64,000 bases of DNA, taken from assembly GCA_034520565.1 (NCBI GenBank), contig JAXHNL010000002.1, forward strand, positions 1,248,001 through 1,312,000. Reading direction: 5' to 3'. Below the pieces are notes generated by a model that saw only the letters and a program-made list of their open reading frames with translations, made no database searches and had not been told where the DNA came from. Below are positions 8,780-18,779 of the stretch, piece after piece. Position 1 is the first letter of the stretch. Each line of letters starts with the position of its first letter. This DNA comes from Halodesulfurarchaeum sp. GTDB lineage: Archaea; Halobacteriota; Halobacteria; Halobacteriales; Halobacteriaceae. The position numbers and the translations under genes were made by a program.

Positions 8780-9975
8780 GTATCCAGGGCTTCGATCGCC
8801 GGGAGGGTCTGGCCGGTGAGCATCGCGAGTGCGGCCCCGCCACCCGTGCTCACGTGGTCGAATCCGGTGATGTCGAATTTCCGGATGGCCCGGGCGGTGT
8901 CGCCACCGCCGACGACGCTGTATTCGGTCTCGGCGACTGTCTTGAACAGGCCCTTTGTTCCGACCCGGAAGGCCGGGTTTTCGAAAACGCCGGCCGGGCC
9001 GTTGAGAATAGCCGTCCCCATGTTAGAAAGGCAGTCGGCATACTGTTCGACCGTTCGGCTTCCGATGTCCATCACATCGCCGTCCCGTGACGTCGGAAGC
9101 TCGTCGATTGGAACTTCCCGACGACCGTCGTTCCCGGGCACGGCAACGTCAACCGGAAGGTGGATGTGCTCGCCGTGTTCCTCGAGGAGGACGGCGGCGC
9201 GATCGATCTGGTCCCAGACGTCCTTTTCGAGGATGTAATCCGCCGCTTTTTCTCCGAGGTCGATTCCGTCGGCCATGAGAAACACGTTCGCCACGAGCCC
9301 CGCCGTCAACACCTCGTCGGCCAGTCCGGCTTCGATTCCGTGTCGAATGACGCGGATCGCGTCCGGAATTTTGGCACCGCCGACCACGTATGCCCGGGGG
9401 GTGGGTGTCTGGTCGATATTTCCCAGGACGTCGATTTCCTGCTCCATGACCCGTCCGGCGTACGCGTCGAGCACGTGCGAGAAGCCGACGAGTGTCGGCT
9501 GGGATCGGTGGGCCGCGGCAAAGGCGTCGTTGACGAACGCGTCGAAATGGGGTGCGAGCCTGTCGACGACGTGCGTTTCGGCGGCGCGGGCAGGGTCGAA
9601 CTCCATGTACTCTTCGCTGTAGAAACGCGAGTTTTCGAGGAGGAGTGCCTGCCCCGGTTCGAGACCGTCGATGGCCTCGCGAGCGCCGGCGGAACTGGTG
9701 GCATCCGTGTACATCACCGGCGCATCGAGCAATTCGTCAAAGCGGGTCGCGTGGGAGTCAAGCGGCTCGAACTCCGACCCACCGGGCCGTCCCTGGTGGG
9801 CGATCACGGTCACTCGGGCATCGCGCTCGAGAAGTTCGGCGAGCGTATCGACGTGGGCTCTGAGCCGGGCATCGTCAGCCAGTTCCCCGGCCGGCGTGAG
9901 CGGGCTGTTGATATCGACCCGAACGCCGACCGAGGTCCCCGAAAGGGACAGGTCATCGAGGGTCCGTATCGCCAT
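8776..9975 (-). CDS. pgk: Phosphoglycerate kinase
   Basis: VRVDINSP, HQGRPG, LLENSRF, NDAFAAAHR, GGGDT, HVSTGGGA. Confidence 0.97.
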   Translation of the reverse strand: MAIRTLDDLSLSGTSVGVRVDINSPLTPAGELADDARLRAHVDTLAELLERDARVTVIAHQGRPGGSEFEPLDSHATRFDELLDAPVMYTDATSSAGAREAIDGLEPGQALLLENSRFYSEEYMEFDPARAAETHVVDRLAPHFDAFVNDAFAAAHRSQPTLVGFSHVLDAYAGRVMEQEIDVLGNIDQTPTPRAYVVGGAKIPDAIRVIRHGIEAGLADEVLTAGLVANVFLMADGIDLGEKAADYILEKDVWDQIDRAAVLLEEHGEHIHLPVDVAVPGNDGRREVPIDELPTSRDGDVMDIGSRTVEQYADCLSNMGTAILNGPAGVFENPAFRVGTKGLFKTVAETEYSVVGGGDTARAIRKFDITGFDHVSTGGGAALAMLTGQTLPAIEALDT

Positions 9976-10027
9976 GTATCCCAACGGTTCGTGGCGGGGT
10001 CCAAATGCGTTTCTGTGTCGGCCCGAG

Positions 10028-10579
10028 CTACACCGTCCGGCAGTCCGGACAGAGGAGTTGGCCGTCGACGTTGACCAGATCCTGCGAGAACGAACCACAC
10101 CCCTCACAGATGCTCTGATTCGAGTAGCCGTCGTCGACCGCGGTGTCCCGGCTGTCGACCATCGAGGCCGATTGCATCCCACCGGTCGATGCTTCGGTAC
10201 GCCCGGGCTGTTTTGCCGCCGCCAGATCCCGCGCGTCGAGGACGCCGAGGATCTCTGTTCCGTCTTCGACCAGCACGTGACTGCGGCCGGTTCCAACCAA
10301 CAATCTGGTTGCCTCTCCCAGCGTGGTTTCGGGCGTCACCACCGGCGGATCTCTGTTCATGACCGTCGAGACTGGTGTCGACTCGACGTCCCCGCCGTCG
10401 ACGAGATGGTCCAGAATCTCTCCGGCCGTCAGGATTCCTGCGGCGTCCTGTCCCCGCAAGACGACCGCTGCAGTCTCCCCGGATTTGCGCATCAGCGCGG
10501 CCGCTCCGAGAACCGCGTCTGACTCGCTCACGCCGAGGTAATCCCCGGAGAGGATGTCACGGACGGGGAGTGGACTCAT
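10028..10579 (-). CDS. CBS-domain protein with C-terminal Zn ribbon
   Basis: CBS pair plus CEGC...LLCPDC. Confidence 0.85.
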   Translation of the reverse strand: MSPLPVRDILSGDYLGVSESDAVLGAAALMRKSGETAAVVLRGQDAAGILTAGEILDHLVDGGDVESTPVSTVMNRDPPVVTPETTLGEATRLLVGTGRSHVLVEDGTEILGVLDARDLAAAKQPGRTEASTGGMQSASMVDSRDTAVDDGYSNQSICEGCGSFSQDLVNVDGQLLCPDCRTV

Positions 10580-10708
10580 ACATCAGTATACCATCGATTC
10601 GGTCTAAAAGGTATCCCCGGTAGTCTTATGCGTTGAGATGGTGTAGCATACGAACTAGTCGGCGAGGATCCGGGGGATTCAACTTGGCGGGACTCACCAC
10701 CTCTTGCA

Positions 10709-11323
10709 ATGGATCGGCCGTACGCGATCGGCATCGCCGGCGGAACCGGCGCCGGGAAGACCACGGTCGCCCGCGAACTCACCGAAAACGTCGAAGAATC
10801 GGTCACGATACTTCCGCTCGATAACTACTACGAGGATCTCTCGGACCTTTCCTTCGAGGAGCGACAGGGCGTCAATTACGACCATCCCTCCGCGTTCGAA
10901 TGGGACCTCTTACGGGGGCACCTGCAAACGCTACTCACGGGGGAGGCCATCGAGATGCCACAATATAACTTCGAGCGACATCTTCGCGAACCCGAACCGG
11001 TGACCGTCGAACCGTCCGAGGTCCTCGTCCTCGAGGGGATTCTCGCACTCTACGACGAGGGGGTGAACGACCTCCTCGACCTCAAAGTCTACGTGGAAAC
11101 TGACGCGGACGTCAGGATTCTCCGGCGCATTCGCCGGGACGTCGTCGAGCGGGGTCGCGATCTGGAGGGGGTGATCGATCAGTACCTCTCCACGGTCAAA
11201 CCGATGCACGAACAGTTCGTCGCACCGACGAAAAAGCGGGCCGACCTGATCATTCCGGAGGGCGCAAATCGGACGGCGGTCGATCTGCTCCAGGAAAAGG
11301 TGCGACGAGAGATCGAGGACTAA
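10709..11323 (+). CDS. udk: Uridine kinase
   Basis: GIAGGTGAGKTT, NYDHP, EGILAL, RRIRRDVVERGR. Confidence 0.95.
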   Translation: MDRPYAIGIAGGTGAGKTTVARELTENVEESVTILPLDNYYEDLSDLSFEERQGVNYDHPSAFEWDLLRGHLQTLLTGEAIEMPQYNFERHLREPEPVTVEPSEVLVLEGILALYDEGVNDLLDLKVYVETDADVRILRRIRRDVVERGRDLEGVIDQYLSTVKPMHEQFVAPTKKRADLIIPEGANRTAVDLLQEKVRREIED

Positions 11324-11384
11324 AACGATTCAGTTCCCGGGGTGGCAGTCGGTAATTCAGTTTTCGACGTGACAGTCGGGCAAA

Positions 11385-11696
11385 TCAGTTATCGGCGTGG
11401 TAGTCCCAGAGGCCGGCGGCCCTGATCGCGTCTCCGACGGCGCGGTGGAACTCGGTTTTCGTCTCGAAGGAGTCGACGGAGAGGTGTTCGAAAATCTCTG
11501 CGACGCTGTGGATTTTTCGGTGATTGATGCGGACCGGTTTTGCCCCGTGACGATCGAGGTACGTCTCGACCGACAGCGGGAAGGATTCTTTCGGCTCGAA
11601 CTTCGAGAGGATGGCCATGTCGAACCGGCGCATTCCGTTGCTTCCCTCCTCGCCGTCGGGATCGATCGGCCAGTCGGAGCGGTCTCCCGTTGTCAT
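11385..11696 (-). CDS. Conserved haloarchaeal protein (DUF5785-like)
   Basis: DWPIDPDGEEGSNGMRRFDM N-terminal pattern. Confidence 0.7.
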   Translation of the reverse strand: MTTGDRSDWPIDPDGEEGSNGMRRFDMAILSKFEPKESFPLSVETYLDRHGAKPVRINHRKIHSVAEIFEHLSVDSFETKTEFHRAVGDAIRAAGLWDYHADN

Positions 11697-11815
11697 TGGC
11701 TTCTCTACCCGTCCGGGTACTTTCAAGATTCCGCTATTTTGAGCCGAGCAACGGAAACTCCATCCTGCAACCGAATTACTTCGGAAACCAACATTTGATG
11801 GTATTGATCTTCCGT

Positions 11816-11831
11816 TTTAGATTAGCCTAAA
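11816..11831. promoter_or_regulatory. DtxR/TroR/SirR-type palindromic operator 1
   Basis: TTTAG-ATTAGC-CTAAA. Confidence 0.6.
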
Positions 11832-11879
11832 CCGTCTTGTACCGATTACAAACAACTGAGAACGGTGGCAGGCTTTACT

Positions 11880-11895
11880 TTTAGGGTATCCTAAA
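11880..11895. promoter_or_regulatory. DtxR/TroR/SirR-type palindromic operator 2
   Basis: TTTAGG-GTAT-CCTAAA, ending ~21 bp upstream of the DoxX ATG and overlapping the TATA position. Confidence 0.65.
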
Positions 11896-11916
11896 CCACA
11901 AGTGCAGCAGTAGACA

Positions 11917-12453
11917 ATGACCCAAACAATAGAGGCCCGTTTGCCAGGGGGCGACCTCTCCCTGGATCTGAACGGCACGTGGGCGGCGTACTGGCTCTTC
12001 CTGCTTCGAGTGATCACCGGCTACTGGATGTTCCACGCCGGCTTGACGAAGGTGTGGGAGGCGTACGTCCTCGGTTCACCCTTCGATGCGGCCTGGTTCA
12101 TCCAGTTCGCTTCGCAGGGCACCATTCTCGAGGGATTCATGGCGCTGTTCAACAATTCCGCGGGTATCGCCTTCGCGAACTTCATGGTCCCGTGGGGTGA
12201 GCTCCTCATCGGGCTCGGAATTCTGCTCGGGGCGTTCACGAGGCTTGCCGCGTTCTTCGGCGGCTTCCTGATGATCTTCTTTTACTTCATCAACGGCGCC
12301 TGGAGCCACGGGATGGTGAACAGCGACCTGATGGGGATGATCCTCTTCATTACGGTCGCCGTCTTCGGTGCCGGCCGAATCTGGGGCGTGGATCAGTACC
12401 TTGAGCAGATGGACTGGGCCAAGAACCCGATCGCGAGGGCCATTCTGGGATGA
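11917..12453 (+). CDS. DoxX family membrane protein
   Basis: LRVITGYWMFHAGLTK, VPWGELLIGLGILLGAFTRLAA, GAGRIWGVD. Confidence 0.9.
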   Translation: MTQTIEARLPGGDLSLDLNGTWAAYWLFLLRVITGYWMFHAGLTKVWEAYVLGSPFDAAWFIQFASQGTILEGFMALFNNSAGIAFANFMVPWGELLIGLGILLGAFTRLAAFFGGFLMIFFYFINGAWSHGMVNSDLMGMILFITVAVFGAGRIWGVDQYLEQMDWAKNPIARAILG

Positions 12454-12466
12454 CGGAGGAAAACCA

Positions 12467-12775
12467 ATGACACAAGAACACCTCACGGCTGTCGAACGAA
12501 CGGGAATGATCGTGATCGGGGCGCTCGTCGTGATCGCGCTGCCGATCATCGGAACGCTCAACACCATCGCCGGATCGATGAGTGGCATGTTCGAGTACGC
12601 GGAGGGCGACTCCTCGGGCTACGCGCTGACCGAGGCTGCGGTCCCCGAGGCAGCGGAGATTACGGCGACCCCGCTCGTCGGCCCGAACACGCGAGCCTGG
12701 TTGATCCTCGTCGCGCTGCTCGTGCTGGGCGCAGTGGCAATCTACCGGCTCGGCACCTTCGGCGAGGCGGCCTGA
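12467..12775 (+). CDS. Small two-TM membrane protein, likely co-transcribed with the DoxX gene
   Basis: GGAGG SD-like motif before the ATG; two hydrophobic helices. Confidence 0.75.
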   Translation: MTQEHLTAVERTGMIVIGALVVIALPIIGTLNTIAGSMSGMFEYAEGDSSGYALTEAAVPEAAEITATPLVGPNTRAWLILVALLVLGAVAIYRLGTFGEAA

Positions 12776-12890
12776 TCGGACTTCGAAGCTACTGAACGTC
12801 GGACGACGCTGTTTTTGCGTTTTTCGGGGAGCTGAAGGTCCTCCTGAACAATGCGGTCGAGCCGACTCTGCTCCAGTGGGGTGACGGAAT

Positions 12891-13160
12891 AGCGGTGCGG
12901 AGGGGATTTGAACCACGAGGACTTCGCTCAACCAGGTTTCGCTCGTCCTCTGGGCTCAAATCCCTCGTCCCCGTTCAAACGAAGACGGCGCGGTTCCTGA
13001 CGGAACACGCGCCTGGTGTGTTAGAAGCGGTGAGGAGGGGATTTGAACCAGAGGAAGACTCGCTCCCGTTGGTCGCTCGTCTTCCAGGGCTCAAATCCCT
13101 CGTCTCCGTTCAAACGTAGACGGCGCGGTTCCTGACGGAACACGCGCCTGGTGTGTTAGA
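12891..13160 (-). repeat. Two tandem 135-bp tRNA-3'-end-derived hairpin units
   Basis: AGCGGTG(A/C)GGAGGGGATTTGAACC recurs at 12891, 13026 and 13161 (period exactly 135 bp). Confidence 0.9.
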
Positions 13161-13162
13161 AG

Positions 13163-13247
13163 CGGTGAGGAGGGGATTTGAACCCCTGAGGCTACAATAG
13201 CCACCTGCTCTCAAGGCAGGCGCGTTGGGCCGCTTCGCTACCTCACC
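13163..13247 (-). tRNA. tRNA-Ser(TGA)
   Basis: GGTGAGG acceptor stem, CCTGC-CTTGAGA-GCAGG anticodon arm, long variable arm, GGTTCAAATCC T-loop. Confidence 0.95.
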
Positions 13248-13273
13248 ACGACCGATACATTCGAGCGGACGGG

Positions 13274-14045
13274 TTAAGAACTGTCGGTCCCTTCCGCGTC
13301 CCGACTTGTCAATTCGCCATCCACCATCGCGATCTCGCGTTCCTGAACCGTCTCCCACGTGTGTTCGGGCACGGGTTTCCCGGCCAGCGTGTCCGCATTG
13401 AGCCGCGAGAGCACCCCCACGAGATCCTCCGGTTCCCACAGGAGCTCCCGCGACCGCTGGAAGTCGACTGCGAGGCCTTCTTCGACCGCTCGACGGGTAA
13501 TCTCCTCGACTGGTCGGGTCCCGAAGACGCCCTCGAAGTCGATCAGGTCCGAGAAGCCGGCGTAATAGACCTGTCCTCGACATGCCGGCCCGATGACCAC
13601 GTCCGCCCGCCTGAGCTTGAGGGCGGCCTCGTCGATCACCGAGCGAGTGAGGCGGGGCACACACGGTCTGAGCACCGCCGCGGACTGGATGTCCTCGTCC
13701 CGGACGAGGTGTGTGATGGCGTTGCCCGCTTTGGCCGAGAAGTCGCTGCCGACTTGCGGCTCGAACCGAACCGCCTCGAACCGGTCCGGCTCCATCGCCC
13801 GCGCGGCGATCTGCCGGAGTTCCGCCTTCGGATCGACGTCCTCGACGTCACTGGGTAAATCCCCCTGTGTCGGGTAGTTTACCAGGATGTCGATGGTGCT
13901 CCGTTCGAGGGTTTCCATGGTGTCCGCGAGCAGCGCCCGATAGAGAGCCAGCCCGTCAGCCGCAGTCAGGGCGGTCTTCTCGACGAGGCTCCGGCACGCG
14001 AGTCCCTCGACTGGCGGGTCGGGGAGCGGCGCGACTGTCGCTCAT
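13274..14045 (-). CDS. DUF2064 / GT-A fold (CofC-like) protein; probable frameshift just after the start
   Basis: Frame continues upstream of the ORF-track start as DPPVEGL...LYRALLADT; VVIGPACRGQVYYAGF motif. Confidence 0.65.
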
Positions 14046-14167
14046 CGACGCCACCCCTGACGGCGATTCACAGCGCATGGCAGTGGCTCGACGGTGGGGC
14101 CCCTTGAACTGCTCGCCTGCGGCTCGAATGGTGGCAAAATCCCTACTCGCGGGTGTCGATTGGCCCC

Positions 14168-15313
14168 TCACTCCGGGCGACTCGGGTGATAGTCGGTGTC
14201 GTACTCGCCCGGCTTCCCGTCCAGCCGATCGGGGTTGAGTCGGCCCGAGAGCAGCATGAAGTCCGTGATCGTGATCGCGGCAATCGCCTCGATGACCGGG
14301 ACCGCTCGGGGCGGAAGCACCGGGTCGTGCCGCCCGGTCACCTGCACAGTCTTTTCCTCGCCTGATTCCCAGTCGACGGTGGTCTGCTCGCTGGGAATCG
14401 ACGTGGGGGCATGGAGGGTCACCTCCCCGCAAATCGGCTCGCCGGTGGTGATTCCCCCCTGGACGCCGCCGTGATCGTTCTCGACCGGGGTCGGATCGCC
14501 CGACTCGTCGAACTCCCATTCGTCGTTGCGATCGAGGCCGGAAACCGCGGCCGCCTCACGACCGAGGCCGATCTCGAAGGCGGTGGTCGCCGGCACGGCC
14601 AACATCGCCTGTCCGAGTCGCGCCTCGACGGCGTCGAAGCGTGGCGCTCCCAGCCCGCGCGGCACGCCCTGGATCTCGAATTCGACGGCTCCGCCGACCG
14701 AATTGCCCCGCCGCTGGTACTCCTCTGCCACTTCCTGCATCTCCGCGGCCGTTTCGGGATGCGCACACCGGACGTCGGTGGCTTCGGTGTGCTCGCCCAT
14801 CTCCTCGAAGGTGACCGGTGGAGCTTCGATCTCGCCGATCTGGCTCACGTGGGCCCGGACCTCGATCCCCTCCGTCGCGAGGAGCTGTTTTGCGATCGCG
14901 CCGGCGGCGACCCAGTTGACCGTCTCCCGGGCAGAGGACCGACCCCCACCGCCCCAGTTTCTGGTCCCGAACTTCGCGGAGTAGGTGAAATCGCCATGGC
15001 TCGGTCTCGGAGCCGTGATGAACGGTTCGTACTTCCCGGAACGAGCGTCTTTGTTCTGGATCGTGAGTCCGATCGGCGTGCCAGTGGTGTAGCCGTCCTG
15101 GACGCCACTCTGAACCTCGACGCGGTCGGGTTCGTCACGGCTCGTCGTGATCTGTGACTGGCCGGGTTTGCGCCGGTCGAGTTCGCGCTGAATGGCCGCA
15201 CGGTCGAGTTCGAGCCCCGCCGGACAACCCGAGACGACCACGCCCATCGACGGTCCGTGGCTCTCGCCGTAGGTCGCGATCTGAAAGAGCCGGCCGAAGC
15301 GATTGCCGTTCAT
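14168..15313 (-). CDS. aroC: Chorismate synthase
   Basis: GESHG, RPSHGD, GGGRSSARET, GRHDP. Confidence 0.97.
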   Translation of the reverse strand: MNGNRFGRLFQIATYGESHGPSMGVVVSGCPAGLELDRAAIQRELDRRKPGQSQITTSRDEPDRVEVQSGVQDGYTTGTPIGLTIQNKDARSGKYEPFITAPRPSHGDFTYSAKFGTRNWGGGGRSSARETVNWVAAGAIAKQLLATEGIEVRAHVSQIGEIEAPPVTFEEMGEHTEATDVRCAHPETAAEMQEVAEEYQRRGNSVGGAVEFEIQGVPRGLGAPRFDAVEARLGQAMLAVPATTAFEIGLGREAAAVSGLDRNDEWEFDESGDPTPVENDHGGVQGGITTGEPICGEVTLHAPTSIPSEQTTVDWESGEEKTVQVTGRHDPVLPPRAVPVIEAIAAITITDFMLLSGRLNPDRLDGKPGEYDTDYHPSRPE

Positions 15314-15356
15314 ACAACTCCCCTCGGGACCCCCATCATTGAGCTTTTGGAATGAC

Positions 15357-16640
15357 TCACTTGAGAGTGACGCCTGCTCCGATTTCTTCGAGGACTCCGA
15401 AAAACCCGGGGAAGGAAACGTCGACGTCCTCGGCGTCGCTGATGGTGGTGTCGCCGTCCGCGACCAGTCCGGCGACGGCGAGTGACATCACGATTCGATG
15501 ATCGCCTCGGCCCGCGAGGCTCGCTCCTTCGAGTTCCGTCTCGGCCCCGTCGATCGTCAGCCGGTCCCGGTCTTCCCTCAGGCTCGCTCCCATCGACTCG
15601 AGGGACTCGGCCATGGCGTGCACCCGGTCGGTCTCCTTGTACCGGACGTGCTCGCAGTTCTCGATGACCATCGTTCCGTCTGCGACCGCCCCGAGGACCG
15701 CCAACGTGGGAAGGAGATCCGGGGTGTCGCCCACGTCCACCGTCACACCAGTGAGTTCTCCCCCGGCCACCGTTACCCGACCTGCCTCGTGGTCCCAGTC
15801 GACATCGGCTCCCATCCGTTCCAGGATCGGAATGATCACGCTATCCCCTTGCGGGCCAGGGTACAGCCCCTCCACGGTGACTGGACCGTCAGCGACCGCC
15901 CCGGCTGCGAGGAGATACGACGCGGCCGAGAAGTCGCCGGGAACGGTGTATCCGGCCCCCGGGGCCAGGTACTGCTGGTCACCCGGCACGGTGAAGCCGG
16001 ACCCGGTGCGCTCGACCTGCACCCCGAACTCATCGAGGAGTTCGACGGTTATTTCGACGTACGGCCCCGACTTCAACGGCGAGGTAAGCTCGATTTCAAT
16101 CCCGGTCTCCGTCCGCGCGCCGGCCATCAGGAGGGAGGTAATGAACTGCGATGAGACGTCCCCGGGGATTTCGACATGGCCGCCCCCCTGCCACCCGTCG
16201 ATGACGATCGGCGCCTGCTCGTTGGTCCGTGTACTCCTCGCCCGTCCGCCGAGTTGCTCGATGGCCGAAAGCATCGGTCCCTGTGGGCGCGAACGGAGCG
16301 ATTCGTCTCCCGTGAGGACCGTCGTTCCATCGACGAGCCCCGCCATGCCCATGGCGAGTCGGATCGTCGTGCCGCTGTTCGCACAGTCGATGACGTCGGC
16401 TGGAACCGCCGGTCGGTCGCCGAACCCATCCACTGTGAGCGCCCCCTCGTCCCGCTCGACTGTCGCGCCGAAGGCCTCCACGGCTCGCATGCTGGCTCGC
16501 GTGTCCGCGCTCACCAGTGGTCGTCGGATGATGCCCCCGTCCCCGTATGCGCCTGCAAAGATCGCCCGGTGGGTGTAGCTCTTCGAGGGTGGGGCGACGA
16601 CCGTTCCCGAGACGGTCGAACGAGTTACCGTCGCGTGCAT
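15357..16640 (-). CDS. aroA: EPSP synthase
   Basis: [39 protein letters not shown]. Confidence 0.97.
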   Translation of the reverse strand: MHATVTRSTVSGTVVAPPSKSYTHRAIFAGAYGDGGIIRRPLVSADTRASMRAVEAFGATVERDEGALTVDGFGDRPAVPADVIDCANSGTTIRLAMGMAGLVDGTTVLTGDESLRSRPQGPMLSAIEQLGGRARSTRTNEQAPIVIDGWQGGGHVEIPGDVSSQFITSLLMAGARTETGIEIELTSPLKSGPYVEITVELLDEFGVQVERTGSGFTVPGDQQYLAPGAGYTVPGDFSAASYLLAAGAVADGPVTVEGLYPGPQGDSVIIPILERMGADVDWDHEAGRVTVAGGELTGVTVDVGDTPDLLPTLAVLGAVADGTMVIENCEHVRYKETDRVHAMAESLESMGASLREDRDRLTIDGAETELEGASLAGRGDHRIVMSLAVAGLVADGDTTISDAEDVDVSFPGFFGVLEEIGAGVTLK

Positions 16641-16716
16641 ACCGGACCGTCGGGGCCCCGTCACATCACGGTTCCGGAGCCGACAGGAATTTGGGATCGG
16701 GCCGAGACTGCCCGTC

Positions 16717-17889
16717 ATGGCAAAGGATTTCTCGAAACTGGGGACGCTCCTCGCTGAGCAGGACCTCGGGGGCTATCTGCTCGATGCCGATTCGACCCAC
16801 GCGAACCAGTACTACCTCTCCGAGTTCGACGCCCCCGACCCGTTTCTCACGCTGTTCACGCCCGACCGAACTGCAATCCTCACTTCGGCGCTCGAATACG
16901 GCCGGGCCGAATCCGAAAGCCGCGCGGACACCGTTCGGCAGCTCGCCGCGTACGACTACCGGGACAAGGCAGCCGAACACGGCCGGGACACCGCCAGGGG
17001 ACTGGTCTACGCAGCGTTCCTCGCCGAGTTCGCGGTGGACTCGGTTGTTGCGGATCGACGCTTCCCGCTGTTCACCGCCGACTCCCTCCGGGAGCAGGGA
17101 ATCGAGGTGAGGGTCGACCGGGACGACGTGCTCGATTCGATCAGGGCACGGAAGACCGAGACGGAACTCGATCATATCCGCGAGGCCCAGGTGGCAACCG
17201 AGGCGGCGATGGCCGCGGCAGCGGAGATGCTCGCCGAAGCGACGATCGGCGACGAGACGCTTTTCCTCGACGGCGAGGCCCTGACGAGCGAGCGGGTGCG
17301 AACGACCATCGAACGGACCCTCCTGGATCTGGGCTTTGCCCTCGACGAGACGATCGTCGCAAGCGGCCCGGCCGGGGCGAAACCACACGATCGGGGATCG
17401 GGTCCGATCGCTGCGAACGAATCGGTTATCGTCGACATTTTCCCCCGATCGAAGACGACGAAGTATCATGCAGATATGACCCGGACGTTCGTTCGGGGGG
17501 ACCCCGACCCACGGATCCGCGAGTTTTACGACCTCACGCGGGAGGCAAAGGCCGCCGCGATGGACGCGATCGAACCGGGGGCCACGGGGGCAGACGTGCA
17601 CGATGCGGTCTGTGACGTCTACGAGGCTGCCGGACATCCGACGCTCCGCTCCGATGAGTCGACGAACACGGGGTTCATCCACAGCACCGGCCACGGCGTC
17701 GGGCTCGAAGTGCACGAACACCCACAGGTAAGCCCGGAAGGCGGCGAACTCGAACCGGGGCACGTCATCACGGTCGAACCGGGGCTCTACGACCCTGCGG
17801 TCGGAGGCGTCCGCATCGAGGATCTCGTGGTCGTCACCGAGGACGGCTACGAGAATCTCACGGACTACCCGGAAACGCTGGTGCTGTAG
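16717..17889 (+). CDS. Xaa-Pro aminopeptidase (M24)
   Basis: [34 protein letters not shown]. Confidence 0.93.
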   Translation: MAKDFSKLGTLLAEQDLGGYLLDADSTHANQYYLSEFDAPDPFLTLFTPDRTAILTSALEYGRAESESRADTVRQLAAYDYRDKAAEHGRDTARGLVYAAFLAEFAVDSVVADRRFPLFTADSLREQGIEVRVDRDDVLDSIRARKTETELDHIREAQVATEAAMAAAAEMLAEATIGDETLFLDGEALTSERVRTTIERTLLDLGFALDETIVASGPAGAKPHDRGSGPIAANESVIVDIFPRSKTTKYHADMTRTFVRGDPDPRIREFYDLTREAKAAAMDAIEPGATGADVHDAVCDVYEAAGHPTLRSDESTNTGFIHSTGHGVGLEVHEHPQVSPEGGELEPGHVITVEPGLYDPAVGGVRIEDLVVVTEDGYENLTDYPETLVL

Positions 17890-18053
17890 GCAGTTCTCGC
17901 GAACCGTCGACTCCTGTCACGGGATCCGGACGGATGGCCGGGGTGTGAACGGACCGTTCGAGCCGGGTGAGCAGATCAAGCCGGGTGAGCGGACAACTCT
18001 CGCTGGCTGATCAGAGCGAATCCTTTTGTCCGGGCACGGGCAAACCCAAGCAA

Positions 18054-18779
18054 ATGGACGTCTTGATCGTCGGATCCGGCGACGTGGGTCGGTGGTTCGG
18101 CTCGCTCTGGGACGACCCTGTCGCCTTCGCCGACGCCGAACGGGCGGTTGCCGAACGGGCGGCCGGGGACGTTGCAAACGCAGCTGTGGCCGATCTCGCC
18201 GGCAGTGATTCCTTCGACGTGGTTGCTGTGGCGGTTCCGATGCGGGTGGCCGAAACGGTCATCGCCGACCAGGCAGATCGGGCCGAGCGAGCCCTCGTCG
18301 ATTTCACCGGATCGATGACCGAACCCCTCGAGACGATGGCCGAGGCGGCTCCGGATCTCGAGCAGGTGAGTTTCCACCCGCTCTTCGCGCCGGAGCACGC
18401 CCCGGGTCGGGTGGCGAAGTCGGTTGGCACCCCGGGACCGACTGTCGATGCGATCACCAGAGCCCTCGTCGACGCCGGAAACACCATCGTTCCCGTCGAA
18501 GCGGGCGTCCACGATGACGCGATGGGCACGGTGCAGGGTCGGGTCCACGCGGCCGTCCTCGCGTTTGGCCTCGCCAGGGATCCGGTCCCCGAGGGGCTCG
18601 AAACGCCGGTCTACGAGGAGATGGAGGCGCTTCGGGAGCGGGTCACGTCCGGATCGCCGGGCGTGTACGCCGACATACAGGATCGATTCGACGGAGCCGA
18701 GGCACTTGAACGGGCCCTCGACCGACTTCACGAAGCCGACCGCGCCGAATTCGAGTCACTCTACGACGATGCCGGTTGA
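18054..18779 (+). CDS. tyrA: Prephenate dehydrogenase
   Basis: IVGSGDVG Rossmann motif, SFHPLFAP, HDDAM. Confidence 0.88.
   Translation: MDVLIVGSGDVGRWFGSLWDDPVAFADAERAVAERAAGDVANAAVADLAGSDSFDVVAVAVPMRVAETVIADQADRAERALVDFTGSMTEPLETMAEAAPDLEQVSFHPLFAPEHAPGRVAKSVGTPGPTVDAITRALVDAGNTIVPVEAGVHDDAMGTVQGRVHAAVLAFGLARDPVPEGLETPVYEEMEALRERVTSGSPGVYADIQDRFDGAEALERALDRLHEADRAEFESLYDDAG

Noticed and set aside
12891-13184. CRISPR-like repeat/spacer array
   Set aside because: The repeats are tRNA 3' ends, the intervening segments are homologous to each other and ~110 bp long, and there are no cas genes
13163-13247. Selenocysteine or suppressor tRNA
   Set aside because: The anticodon reads TGA (decodes UCA, Ser), not TCA; the acceptor stem is a normal 7 bp
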